Assembly: GCA_046581755.1 (NCBI GenBank)
Contig: JAYGFR010000377.1
Location: forward strand, 1-18,532
From: Nitrospinota bacterium
GTDB lineage: Bacteria; UBA8248
DNA: 18,532 nucleotides
Direction: 5' to 3'
This document shows, in pieces, positions 1-8,802 of the stretch (position 1 is its first letter; every line of letters begins with the position of its first letter). The position numbers were made by a program, and so were the translations under genes. Under the pieces are notes generated by a model, which worked only from the letters and a program-made list of their open reading frames with translations, was not told the origin of the DNA and searched no databases.

Positions 1-512
1 GCGGAACCTGAATTTTCTGGACAATTTATCTAAGTCAGTTTTTTGGGGAGTCAATGTCGAATTACTAATTTCAAGAGACCGCTGAAAAACTATTCTAGGA
101 GGCATTCGGCAAGAGATATTCCCCCCAAAATCATATCATTATAGAAGCTTTTCTATATAATTTGCTACTATTGGATATTTTATCGGTCCGAAGAGGTTCA
201 CTTTGGGACTTTTTCAGCAGTCTCTTGAATTCCAATTCTTTTTTTGCTTGGGATTGTGATCCGGTGACGATGCATCTTTATCCCCCTGGAATGAAAATTC
301 GCCTTCAGAGCATTTCCCAGTCCGTGCCAGGGAAATTTTCCACTATCCTCAAAGCCCGCGCCCAAATAGCGACCAAAGTCTGCCGAAAAGGGCATAAATA
401 GACTGAAACAACCAAAAACAGGCTGAACGAAAACAAAAGCCCATTCAATGGCTTAAGTCTTTTTCCTTTGTTTTTTAAGGGGCTTGGGTTCAGGGCGTTT
501 CTGTTCTTCAAA
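1..512. mobile_element. Terminal part of a putative genomic island/prophage integrated at the anticodon loop of tRNA-Sec (body of the element lies left of the window)
   Basis: AT-rich non-coding DNA abuts a tRNA-Sec 3' fragment exactly at the anticodon loop (CTTCAAA, 506-512). Short direct repeats GCGCCCAAA (358-366), GCGACCAAA (369-377) and ACAACCAAA (408-416) resemble tyrosine-integrase arm sites. No integrase gene is visible in the window. Confidence 0.65.
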
Positions 513-570
513 TCCAGTGGACGAGTCTAGACAACTCGGCGGTGGGTTCGACTCCTACGCATTCCCGCCA
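506..570 (+). tRNA. selC: 3' fragment of tRNA-Sec (anticodon UCA); truncated, probably an att-site remnant
   Basis: Anticodon loop CTTCAAA then TCCAG; long variable arm CGAGT-ctagaca-ACTCG (522-538); T arm GTGGG-TTCGACT-CCTAC; 8-nt acceptor 3' strand GCATTCCC + G + CCA. The required 5' strand (GGGAATGC) and D arm are absent upstream, and the 5' anticodon strand CTGTT pairs only 3/5. Confidence 0.85.
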
Positions 571-629
571 AAGAAAAAACGCCCCGCGGGTCCGGAAAAT
601 ATCTCCGGGCATGCGGGGTTTTTCTTTTT
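570..629 (+). terminator. Rho-independent terminator (probably bidirectional) downstream of the tRNA-Sec 3' end
   Basis: Stem CCCCGC (582-587)/GCGGGG (613-618) with inner GTCCGGA/TCCGGGC pairing, followed by TTTTTCTTTTT and preceded by the complementary A-tract. Confidence 0.8.
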
Positions 630-782
630 GAAACCTCCGCCAGTGCGAAGCGGAGGGAGGCCTTTTCGGGCTGACAGGCCCGGCGCATTCGCCGCCTCCG
701 GTTTTTGCCCGCCCGGCGTTTTGGTTTAGGCTAGCGGGAATCCGGCATGCACTGCGGTTCAATCTCGATTCGGGAGACCTCA

Positions 783-1919
783 ATGGCAAACACCGGGCCG
801 GAAAACATCGCGAACATCCCGCGCCTGAACGCACTGATGGACCAGGATGGATACGCCGCGCTGGTTCTGCGCTCGGGCCAGAACTTCACCTACCTCGCCG
901 GGTTCGCCTTTCCGGGCACCCTGGGCCGCCACCTGGATTTACCCGATTCTCCCCGCGCGCCCCTCGTGGTCTGGCCCCGCGAGGGGGAGCCCACCCTGAT
1001 CCTGAACCACCAGGCCGCCCCGCTGGCCGGGCGCGAATCGTGGGTCGAGCGAATAGAAATATTCAGGGGCTACGCCGAATCGCCCTATCAAAAGGCGGCG
1101 GAGGTTCTGGGGGAGATGGGCCTGCGCGGTTCCCGAATCGGATTCGAGCGGGCCACCATCAACGCCGGGCAGTGGGCGCTGCTCACCGAATGTTTTCCGG
1201 ACGCCGAAATCTCCGACTGCACGCGCATGATGGACAAGGTGCGGTGGATCAAGACGCCCGGCGAGGTCGAGCGTATCCGCCAGGCCGCCGCCATCCTGGA
1301 CGAAGCCTACCTGGAGGTGTTCGCCGCCTTGCGCGAGGGGGACACCGAGCGCGAGATCCACGCCCGCATCGTGGAGGGCTGCATCCGCCGAGGGGCCGAA
1401 TGGGCGCACGGGATGCTCAACCCGATCCGGAACACGGTCATTTACGGCGGCGAGGGGGATCTGGCCTTCCGGAAGGGGGACATCATCCGGAACGATTACG
1501 TGGCGTTTTTCAGGGGCTATCCCGGCCACCAGTCGCGCACGGTCGTCCTCGGGGAGCCGACGGCCGGGCAGGAGCGGATCTACCGGACCGTCCTCGATAT
1601 CTATCGGGGCACGGTTGCCCGGTGCCGCCCGGGCGCGCGGGCGGGAGACATCTACGACTTCGCCCAGGGCGCGTTCCGCGAGGCGGGCTACGACGCGACG
1701 CTCAATCTCGTCGGCCACGGCGTCGGCCCCTGGTGGCACCAGCAGGCGCCCTTCATCGTCCGGGACGCGGAGGATACCCTCGAGGAGGGCATGGTGATCG
1801 CCTTAGAGCCCCATGCGGATTTCTGGCACCTTCAGGACATGGTGCTGATCGCCGGGGATGGGCCGCAATTGCTCTCGGACCGGATGCGCACGGACGAGAT
1901 GTTCGTGATAGACCGGTAA
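783..1919 (+). CDS. M24-family (Xaa-Pro peptidase/creatinase fold) hydrolase with non-canonical metal ligands
   Basis: Creatinase-N-like N-terminus; RWIKTPGEVERIRQAA, GYPGHQSRT, GHGVG, LEEGMVIALEP motifs. ATG 783 has a GGAG RBS at 773-776, preferred over the ORF-track start at 747. Confidence 0.9.
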   Translation: MANTGPENIANIPRLNALMDQDGYAALVLRSGQNFTYLAGFAFPGTLGRHLDLPDSPRAPLVVWPREGEPTLILNHQAAPLAGRESWVERIEIFRGYAESPYQKAAEVLGEMGLRGSRIGFERATINAGQWALLTECFPDAEISDCTRMMDKVRWIKTPGEVERIRQAAAILDEAYLEVFAALREGDTEREIHARIVEGCIRRGAEWAHGMLNPIRNTVIYGGEGDLAFRKGDIIRNDYVAFFRGYPGHQSRTVVLGEPTAGQERIYRTVLDIYRGTVARCRPGARAGDIYDFAQGAFREAGYDATLNLVGHGVGPWWHQQAPFIVRDAEDTLEEGMVIALEPHADFWHLQDMVLIAGDGPQLLSDRMRTDEMFVIDR

Positions 1920-1961
1920 GCGCGTCCGGCGCGGGAGGGCATTTTCGAAGGAGGCGCGGCG

Positions 1962-3626
1962 TTGATCAGAAATATCCGGCTCGCCAGCGGCCTGGCGCTG
2001 TTCGCCTACGTGACGACCCACCTCCTCAACCACACCCTCGGCCTCGTGTCGCTGGAGGCGATGGAGCGCGGGCGCGTCTGGTTTCTCCTGATCTGGCGCA
2101 ACCCCCTCGGAACGCTCCTCCTCTACGGGGCGCTCACCGTCCATTTCGCGCTTGCCGTCGGGGCGGTTTACGAGCGACGCCGCCTCGCCATGCGTCTTCC
2201 CGAAATCATCCAGCTCGCCTTCGGAATCTCGATCCCCCTATTGCTGGCCTCCCACGCCGCCGGAACGCGGATGGCCCACGAGATCGCGGGCACGAACGAC
2301 AGTTATGCCTACGTCCTCTTGGCTCACTGGAAATTCAGCCCCAAGTATATCGCCTACCAAACGGCGGGACTCCTGGCCGCGTGGGTCCATGGCTGCATTG
2401 GCATTCACTACTGGCTGCGCCTGAAGCCCTGGTACGCGGGGGTGAGGCAGGTTTTGTACGCCGCCGCCCTTCTGACGCCCGTGCTCGCCCTTTTGGGCTA
2501 CGCGCAGGCCGGCCGCGAGACGCTGGCGCTATCGGCGGACCCCGAATGGATGCGTCAGGCCTCGGCCGCTATCCGGTGGCCGGACAGGGCGGCGATCGGA
2601 ACCATCGAAAACATAGCGGACACCGTATGGATCGCCGTCTTTTCGGGCTTTGCGCTTGCGCTCATCGCACGGCATGTCCGCTCGGTCCTCGAAAAGAGGC
2701 GTGGCACGATTACCTTGACCTACCACGACGGGCGGGCCGTCACCTCCCGGCCCGGGAATTCCATCCTCGATACAAGCCACCATTTTCAAATTCCCCACGC
2801 CTCGGTATGCGGCGGGCGCGGGCGATGCTCCACCTGCCGGGTGCGGATCATCGAGGGTTTCGGCGCCCTGCCCCCGCCAAGCACCGAGGAGCAACACGTC
2901 CTCGATCGCATCGGAAATCCGTCCAACGTGCGCCTGGCCTGTCAGACCCGGCCCCACCAGGATGTCTCCCTCGTCCTCCTTCTGCCGCCCAACGCATCCC
3001 CCCGGGACGCCCGCGCCAGGGATGCCCGCCACAACGGCCAGGAGATGGAGATTGCCGTTTTGTTCAGCGATCTCCGCTCGTTTACAAAATTCTCTGAAAA
3101 AAAACTCCCCTACGACGTGGTGTTTGTGTTGAACCGGTATTTCGCCGAAATGGGAGAGGCCATCGAAACCTCGGGAGGGCAGCTGGACAAATTCATCGGG
3201 GACGGGGTGATGGCCTTGTTCGGCATCGATACGGACATCAACGAGGCCTGCCGCCAGGCCCTCCGCGCGGCACAGGCCATGGCGTCCAACCTAGAAAGGC
3301 TGAACCAGACCCTTTCGAGCGAACTCGACGAGCCGCTTCGTCTCGGAATCGGCATTCACGCCGGTCACGCCATCGTCGGGGAGATGGGGTACGGCCGGGC
3401 CTCCCACGTGACGGCCATCGGCGACACGGTGAACACCGCCAGCCGCCTGGAGTCGATGAACAAAGAACTCCAATCGCAACTGGTGGTTTCGGCGGATGTC
3501 GGCAAGTACGCGGGAGTGAACCTATCCGGATTCCCGAGCCAGGATATCGATGTGAGGGGCCGCAGGGATGCAGTTCATATTCACGTCATAGCGGACGCGA
3601 AAGAACTTCCCCTCGGCCCCGCCTGA
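1962..3626 (+). CDS. CyaC-type membrane-anchored class III adenylate cyclase (His-containing TM domain + [2Fe-2S] ferredoxin + cyclase)
   Basis: TTG start with AAGGAGG RBS (1948-1954). About 6 TM helices with HLLNH, HFAL, HAAGTR, HGCIGIH; ferredoxin CGGRGRCSTC...RLACQ; cyclase motifs FSDLRSFT, DKFIGDGVMALFG, GIGIHAG, TAIGDTVNTASRLE. Confidence 0.92.
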   Translation: MIRNIRLASGLALFAYVTTHLLNHTLGLVSLEAMERGRVWFLLIWRNPLGTLLLYGALTVHFALAVGAVYERRRLAMRLPEIIQLAFGISIPLLLASHAAGTRMAHEIAGTNDSYAYVLLAHWKFSPKYIAYQTAGLLAAWVHGCIGIHYWLRLKPWYAGVRQVLYAAALLTPVLALLGYAQAGRETLALSADPEWMRQASAAIRWPDRAAIGTIENIADTVWIAVFSGFALALIARHVRSVLEKRRGTITLTYHDGRAVTSRPGNSILDTSHHFQIPHASVCGGRGRCSTCRVRIIEGFGALPPPSTEEQHVLDRIGNPSNVRLACQTRPHQDVSLVLLLPPNASPRDARARDARHNGQEMEIAVLFSDLRSFTKFSEKKLPYDVVFVLNRYFAEMGEAIETSGGQLDKFIGDGVMALFGIDTDINEACRQALRAAQAMASNLERLNQTLSSELDEPLRLGIGIHAGHAIVGEMGYGRASHVTAIGDTVNTASRLESMNKELQSQLVVSADVGKYAGVNLSGFPSQDIDVRGRRDAVHIHVIADAKELPLGPA

Positions 3627-3768
3627 TTATTCTCGCTCCCGGCAGGAACCGGACAATTCCATTTTTCGAAACGCCCGCCGAAAATGGCGAAACGCAAAAG
3701 AAGCCGGGGGGATTAAGAGGAATGGGGAATTTTCATGCCGCAAGGGAGATGCGGGCCCGGTGGTTCCG

Positions 3769-4221
3769 CTATTTTTTTTCTTTTTCTTTCTCCCGGGAGA
3801 AATAAACCACCATCTCCTTCTCGGGGATTTTTATCAAGGGATGCACGATATCGGTTATCGTGAACTTGATCCTTTCTCCACCTTGGATTTCGATATCCAT
3901 ATTTTTCTTTTTTTTGTATTCCCGAACGACAATCAGACCTTCCTTTTCCTCCAGAACCTCGTAATACACCGGTAATTTTCCGGGAAAATGAAAGCTGATT
4001 CCTTGTCCGTCCGGCAATAATTTTATTTCGAACTTCCGCATATAATGATCAATGACATAATCCAGGATCAACCGCTTGACCTTCCGGTTCTTCTTATCGT
4101 TCGCGGTTTGTTTCTCGGAATGTTTCCATTTTCCCACGAGCTGGTTCCGGAGGGGCCCATCCTCGCCGCATCCGCTCAGGATCAGCCCACATAAAAAAAC
4201 CGGCGCCAAAATCCGTTTCAT
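3769..4221 (-). CDS. Hypothetical lipoprotein
   Basis: MKRILAPVFLCGLILSGC is a signal peptide II with lipobox LSGC, followed by LVGKW as in many small beta-barrel lipoproteins. Lys/Glu-rich and more AT-rich than neighbours. Confidence 0.7.
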   Translation of the reverse strand: MKRILAPVFLCGLILSGCGEDGPLRNQLVGKWKHSEKQTANDKKNRKVKRLILDYVIDHYMRKFEIKLLPDGQGISFHFPGKLPVYYEVLEEKEGLIVVREYKKKKNMDIEIQGGERIKFTITDIVHPLIKIPEKEMVVYFSREKEKEKK

Positions 4222-4365
4222 AGGGTCCCCGCACCTATCGATCTTCATTCCAACCAGATGACTCGGCCGCGCAACTCATCCGGAATGTTCTCCTATCCCG
4301 GACCATCAGGCAAACGGCGAGGGGTAATGGCGGAAACCCCCAGCAGCCAGGGGATTGCCCCGGGC

Positions 4366-5256
4366 TCAGGCGCGAATCTTTTTCACGAAGTCCGCGGCTG
4401 CCTCGCCGATTTTTTGCGGAAAATCCTCCTGGACATAATGGCGGCTCGGAAGGCTGCTTTCGGTCTGGTTCGGCCATTTCTGGCAAAACTCCCGCGCCGC
4501 TCCGGCCAGGGGATGGCCCTCCTCGCAGTTGATAAAGAGCTTGGGAAGATCGCGGCTTTCACAGAGGAAATCGCTGTACTCCTTGACGAGAGCGAAATTG
4601 TCCTCCGGCTCTCCATCGAAGGGAATCTCGCGCGCCCACTGGAGGGTCAGCATCCGTTTTTCGGGGTCCTCGGTGGGTTTTCGGTAGACCTCTTTTTCCG
4701 CCTCGCTCAGGTCCCGGATCGTGCCCAGATCGAAGAGCATCTTTTCGATGAAAAAGTTGGTTTCCATCACCATCGCATCGCCTTCGGGAGAGCGAAGCTT
4801 CTTGAATATCTCCACCCGCATTTCCGGCATGTCCGGCCAAAATATCGAGCGCACCATCGCCTCCATGTAGCCGATCCCGCTGATCTGGTCCGGAAAGCGG
4901 CAGGTCCGGTTGAAGCCGATGGCCGCTCCCCAGTCCTAGAGCACGAGAATCACGTTTTTCGTGACGCCGAGCTTTTCGAACCATTCGTCCATGTAGGCGA
5001 TGTGGTCCGCGAACCGGTAACCGCCGCCCGGCATCTTCCCGGAATCGCCCGCGCCGATGAGGTCGGGCGCCAGGCACCGGCCCAGCCCCTCCAGATGCGG
5101 GACGACGTTCCGCCAGATATAGGATGTCGTGGGGTTGCCGTGCAGAAAGACGATCGGGTCCCCACTTCCCGCCTCGAAGTATGCGATTTCGGAGTCGAGA
5201 ACCTTCAGGCGCTTGTAGGGATAGGGATTGTCCGGTGAGAATTCGCGTGAGTCCAT
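4366..5256 (-). pseudogene. Haloalkane dehalogenase (HLD-II, LinB/DhaA-like), interrupted by one in-frame TAG at 4936-4938
   Basis: ORFs 4936-5259 and 4366-4866 are in the same frame. Read-through gives FLHGNPT..., VILVL*DWGAAIG (nucleophile Asp), YMEAMV (acid Glu), HYVQED (base His). GAGGAGA RBS upstream; start at 5256 or 5259. Confidence 0.85.
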
Positions 5257-5487
5257 CATGTCTCCTCGATTGGGTGATGCGGGATGGTTTGTGGCGAGCG
5301 CGTCTTCTGGGCACGTCTCCTGGGCGCGGCCCCCGGGGAAGGTCCGCCGCCGGGCGCCCGCCCTACAGCCGCCACCGGCAAACCCGGTGGGCGATAATCA
5401 CGTTCTCAAGGCCCCATTTTCCCTCGGAAAAGAAGGCTCCACGGGGTGGATATAATGGAGAAAACGCTCTTCGCCGGCGCCCGTCAA

Positions 5488-6750
5488 TCAACGATTTTTC
5501 AGGTACAAGGACTCCAGGTCTTCCACGAGGCGATCGATCGAATAGCGGCGGCGGACCCGGTCGCGGCCCTCCCGCCCCAAGCGAATCAGGGCATCGGGGT
5601 CATCTAACAGGTGGGCCATGGCGCGCGCAAACCCAGCGGGATCCTGGGGCTGTATGATCGCACCCACCGGGCCAATCCGGAATCCCCTTTCCGGGGGAGA
5701 TGAGGCGGCCTCCCGCGAGAATCCGGTCAGATCCCCCACCCCGCCCACATTCATCGCCACTATCGCCCGGGCCGCCGCCATGCCCTCGATAATACAAAGA
5801 GGGGTCCCCTCGTTCCGCGAGGTCAGGGCAACCAGATCCAGGCTTTCGTATATATCGGGCAAATCGGAGCGCCAGCCGATAAAATGGCACCTCTCCCGGA
5901 TCCCCAGCGAACCGGCCCGGCTCTCCAGTTCCGGGCGCATTTCTCCGTCCCCCACAATCAGGAAATGGGCCGCCCCGGAACGGGTCCCGGCTCCCTCTTT
6001 GACCAGGCGAGAGGCCGCCTCAAAAAAAAGGAGGTGGTCCTTGATGGGAACCAACCGCCCTACTATTCCCACCAAGGGCGTATCGACGGAGAGGGCGAGC
6101 TCGCCCCGGACCGGATTCGTCCCGGGAACTCCCTCGGCCATATCCAAAAAGGGCTCCAGTTCGATGCCCAGCGGGATGACGACCACCTTTTCCGGACGGG
6201 CCACCCCCAGCTCGCTCAGTTCCTCCTGCAAGGAAGCGCTCAGCGTAATGAGCGCGGTGGAGGCGTGCGCAAGGGCCCATTCGATACGCCGGAAAAGGCT
6301 GTTTTTCAGGCCCGAGAAATAACCCCTTAGCACATGGCCGTGGAAGGTGTGATACACCCGCAGGCTCTTCGGCTCCCACAATCCCCGCCAGTGGCCGCGC
6401 CGGTAAAGGAAGGCCGCTGCCCTGCCGACCGCGCCAGCCTTGGCGGTATGCGTATGGACGATATCCGGCCGGAAGCGCCTCATCAGGCGGTAGAGTTTCC
6501 AGATGACCGGCAGATCGTCGAATAGATGGATATCGCGGCCGAGCTTTTCGAATTTGACGGGTTCAATGCCCCGGGCCACGGCTAAATCCTCCATCGAGCC
6601 CTCGGCCGAATCCACCTCGCCCACCGCCAGCTCCGAGGCCCATCCCTTTTCGCGGAATTTTTCAGTCAAAAGAATCACATGCCGGGCCGGCCCGCCCACG
6701 TTGAGGCGGGCTATGATCCGAAGAATGCGCGGCGGCTTTTCTTCTGCCAT
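5488..6750 (-). CDS. Glycosyltransferase family 4 (GT-B)
   Basis: IIARLNVGGPARHV, PDIVHTHTAKAG, HTFHGH, VGRLVPIKDH and EX7E motif NEGTPLCIIE. Start placed at MAEEKPPRIL (ATG 6750) rather than 6834. Confidence 0.9.
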   Translation of the reverse strand: MAEEKPPRILRIIARLNVGGPARHVILLTEKFREKGWASELAVGEVDSAEGSMEDLAVARGIEPVKFEKLGRDIHLFDDLPVIWKLYRLMRRFRPDIVHTHTAKAGAVGRAAAFLYRRGHWRGLWEPKSLRVYHTFHGHVLRGYFSGLKNSLFRRIEWALAHASTALITLSASLQEELSELGVARPEKVVVIPLGIELEPFLDMAEGVPGTNPVRGELALSVDTPLVGIVGRLVPIKDHLLFFEAASRLVKEGAGTRSGAAHFLIVGDGEMRPELESRAGSLGIRERCHFIGWRSDLPDIYESLDLVALTSRNEGTPLCIIEGMAAARAIVAMNVGGVGDLTGFSREAASSPPERGFRIGPVGAIIQPQDPAGFARAMAHLLDDPDALIRLGREGRDRVRRRYSIDRLVEDLESLYLKNR

Positions 6751-6996
6751 ATCCAATATTCCAGAAATCGAACAGGAGTGGGTCCGAGAGAGTTTCGAAA
6801 ACCAGATTCCGAAAAACGGATTCCGAACCGCCAAGCTACCTTACACCCGCGGCCAGGACCATCTCATCATATTCCCGCTTCCCGATGAAGCGGAGCCTAT
6901 CGCCGGCCCACCGGCGGCAAGGGCGTTCACCCGGACGCATCGGCGGAATTTCTTGTCCTCGATTTGGGGAATTTCGGAATTCCGTGGAACCGGGAA

Positions 6997-8802
6997 TCAG
7001 ATCAGGTCGTGCGTCCTGCGGCAGGAGACTCCCAAATCGTTGCATGGCTCGAAGAAAACGGCCAAATCCTCTTCGAGCGCCGATGGAATCGCGACGATGA
7101 CCTCTTCGATTTGCTCCTCGACGATGATCCGCCTCAAATCGGCGCGGTTGCCCATCACCTCGATTCCGAACATTCGCCGGCCAATCTTTCCGGGATTGTC
7201 GTCGATGAAGCCGACAGGGTGATATTCCAGGCGGGGATTATTCTGCATCTCCCTGACGAGCATTTCCCCGGCATCGCCCGCCCCGATAATGAGCAACCGT
7301 TTTCCGGAATTTTTCTGCCCGCCCGGAAAGGTTTCGCGAAGCCCCCGGAAGAGCAACCGAAGACCGGACACCAGCATGATCATGAGCATCCAATCGATGA
7401 CGATAACCGAGCGCGAATACCCGTCGAATCTCCAGATCATGAGAATGGCAACGACATTGGCAGCCGATGAGATCGTCACCGCCTTGGTGATATGCAACAA
7501 ATCTACGAACTCCAGGTGGCGCCACATGCTCCGGTAAAGGCCGAAAGAATACAAAACGACCAGCTTCACGGGAATAATGACCGGCAGCGTCACCCATATT
7601 CGGGCGACCTCCGAGGGGATGAGATGGGCCTCGTAGCGAAGCAGTGTCGCTGTGTAGAAGGCCAAACAGATGGAAACGAGATCGAGCAGCATTTCGACAA
7701 AAGCGCGCTTATGAAAAACGTTGGTCCCGAGAATCGCGGGGGCGGGACATTTTCTCTCGCTCAAGGCGGATGGGAGCTCCATCGGATCAACTTTCACTTC
7801 CCCGAGGAAAAGACCGAAAACCACGACTCCCGAAATCAGGGCCACGGACAGAACGATGACAATCGAAAAATTCAGATAGGCATACAAGAAGGCGGTAACG
7901 CCCAAGAGCAAGCTAAAGGCATAAATCAACAAAACCGTTTGGCGTTCGCTCAAACCGAGAATCATGAGGCGGTGCGAAGTGTGGTCCGTCCCCCCCTGAG
8001 AGAGGCGCTTTCCCTTCACGAGCCGCGAGAACGAAACCAGCGCCGTATCGAATATGGGCACGCCCAACACCAACACCGGGATCGCTATGGTTGCCACGAA
8101 GTTGCCCACCCCCTTCGTGGTCGCTATAATGGAGAGGGTCGCGAAAGCATACCCAATCAACATACTTCCGCTGTCGCCCATGAATACCGATGCGGGCGGA
8201 AAGTTATACCGAAGAAATCCCAGGCAGGCCCCCACGATGACAACCGATACCAGGCCAACGGTCGAATCGCCGTTTACGAACGCAAAGGCCGAAAGTACGA
8301 GCCCCGAGATACACGCCGTTCCGGCGCACAGGCCGTCCATGTTGTCGATGAGGTTAAATGCGTTGGTGACCGATGCGATCCAGAAAATAGTCAATACGAC
8401 GGCGAACAGTTGATGCCCGCCGAAGTTGAAATGAATACCCGTCGCGACGGCGATGCATGCGGCAATGATTTGTCCGAGCAGCTTCGTCACAGGCCGGAGA
8501 CTGGACACATCGTCCCAGAGGCCGACGACAAATACGACAACCCCCCCGAGGACAAAACCCAGCAGCCGGGTCTCCCAGATATCGATAAGAAAATACGCCA
8601 GTCCCACCACGATGCCGATAAAGATGGCGATCCCGCCCATCAGCGGAGTGGGCTCTTTATGCCAGCGCGTACCGACAGGTTGAGCGACAAAACCGTGCTT
8701 GGCGGAGAAAATCTTTACAAGCGGGGTAAGGGCCAGAACCACTCCGAAGGAGAGGAAAAAAGCGAGTGGCATGGATATGAAATTCATAGGAAATTCCGGC
8801 AT
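6997..8802 (-). CDS. Polyprenyl-phosphate HexNAc-1-P transferase (WecA/TagO/MraY family) fused to a 4-TM + CoA-binding/Rossmann module like the CapD/PglF N-terminus
   Basis: PTPLMGG, GLWDD, NAFNLIDNMDGL, FMGDSGS, DHTSHRL motifs, then GLYRSMWRH, LLIIGAGDAG, VGFIDDNP, VAIPSA. Start uncertain (8802/8787/8772). Confidence 0.88.
   Translation of the reverse strand: MPEFPMNFISMPLAFFLSFGVVLALTPLVKIFSAKHGFVAQPVGTRWHKEPTPLMGGIAIFIGIVVGLAYFLIDIWETRLLGFVLGGVVVFVVGLWDDVSSLRPVTKLLGQIIAACIAVATGIHFNFGGHQLFAVVLTIFWIASVTNAFNLIDNMDGLCAGTACISGLVLSAFAFVNGDSTVGLVSVVIVGACLGFLRYNFPPASVFMGDSGSMLIGYAFATLSIIATTKGVGNFVATIAIPVLVLGVPIFDTALVSFSRLVKGKRLSQGGTDHTSHRLMILGLSERQTVLLIYAFSLLLGVTAFLYAYLNFSIVIVLSVALISGVVVFGLFLGEVKVDPMELPSALSERKCPAPAILGTNVFHKRAFVEMLLDLVSICLAFYTATLLRYEAHLIPSEVARIWVTLPVIIPVKLVVLYSFGLYRSMWRHLEFVDLLHITKAVTISSAANVVAILMIWRFDGYSRSVIVIDWMLMIMLVSGLRLLFRGLRETFPGGQKNSGKRLLIIGAGDAGEMLVREMQNNPRLEYHPVGFIDDNPGKIGRRMFGIEVMGNRADLRRIIVEEQIEEVIVAIPSALEEDLAVFFEPCNDLGVSCRRTHDLI

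Noticed and set aside
476..570. Complete functional tRNA-Sec gene
   Set aside because: No 5' acceptor strand complementary to GCATTCCC, no D arm, and the anticodon stem is mismatched.
162..729. Short ORFs around the att site
   Set aside because: No motifs or RBS; they overlap the tRNA fragment and terminator.
1040..3097. 685-aa + strand ORF
   Set aside because: Arg/Gly/Pro-rich off-frame shadow of two real GC-rich genes.
4258..5238. 326-aa + strand ORF as an alternative to the interrupted dehalogenase
   Set aside because: Antisense shadow; the minus strand carries all the catalytic motifs.
5310..5360. REP-like GC-rich element ending CCCTAC
   Set aside because: Single imperfect copy; no second copy or RAYT transposase seen.
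5451..5456. TATAAT box on + strand
   Set aside because: Points antisense into the GT4 3' end, has no -35, and is not supportable as a promoter.
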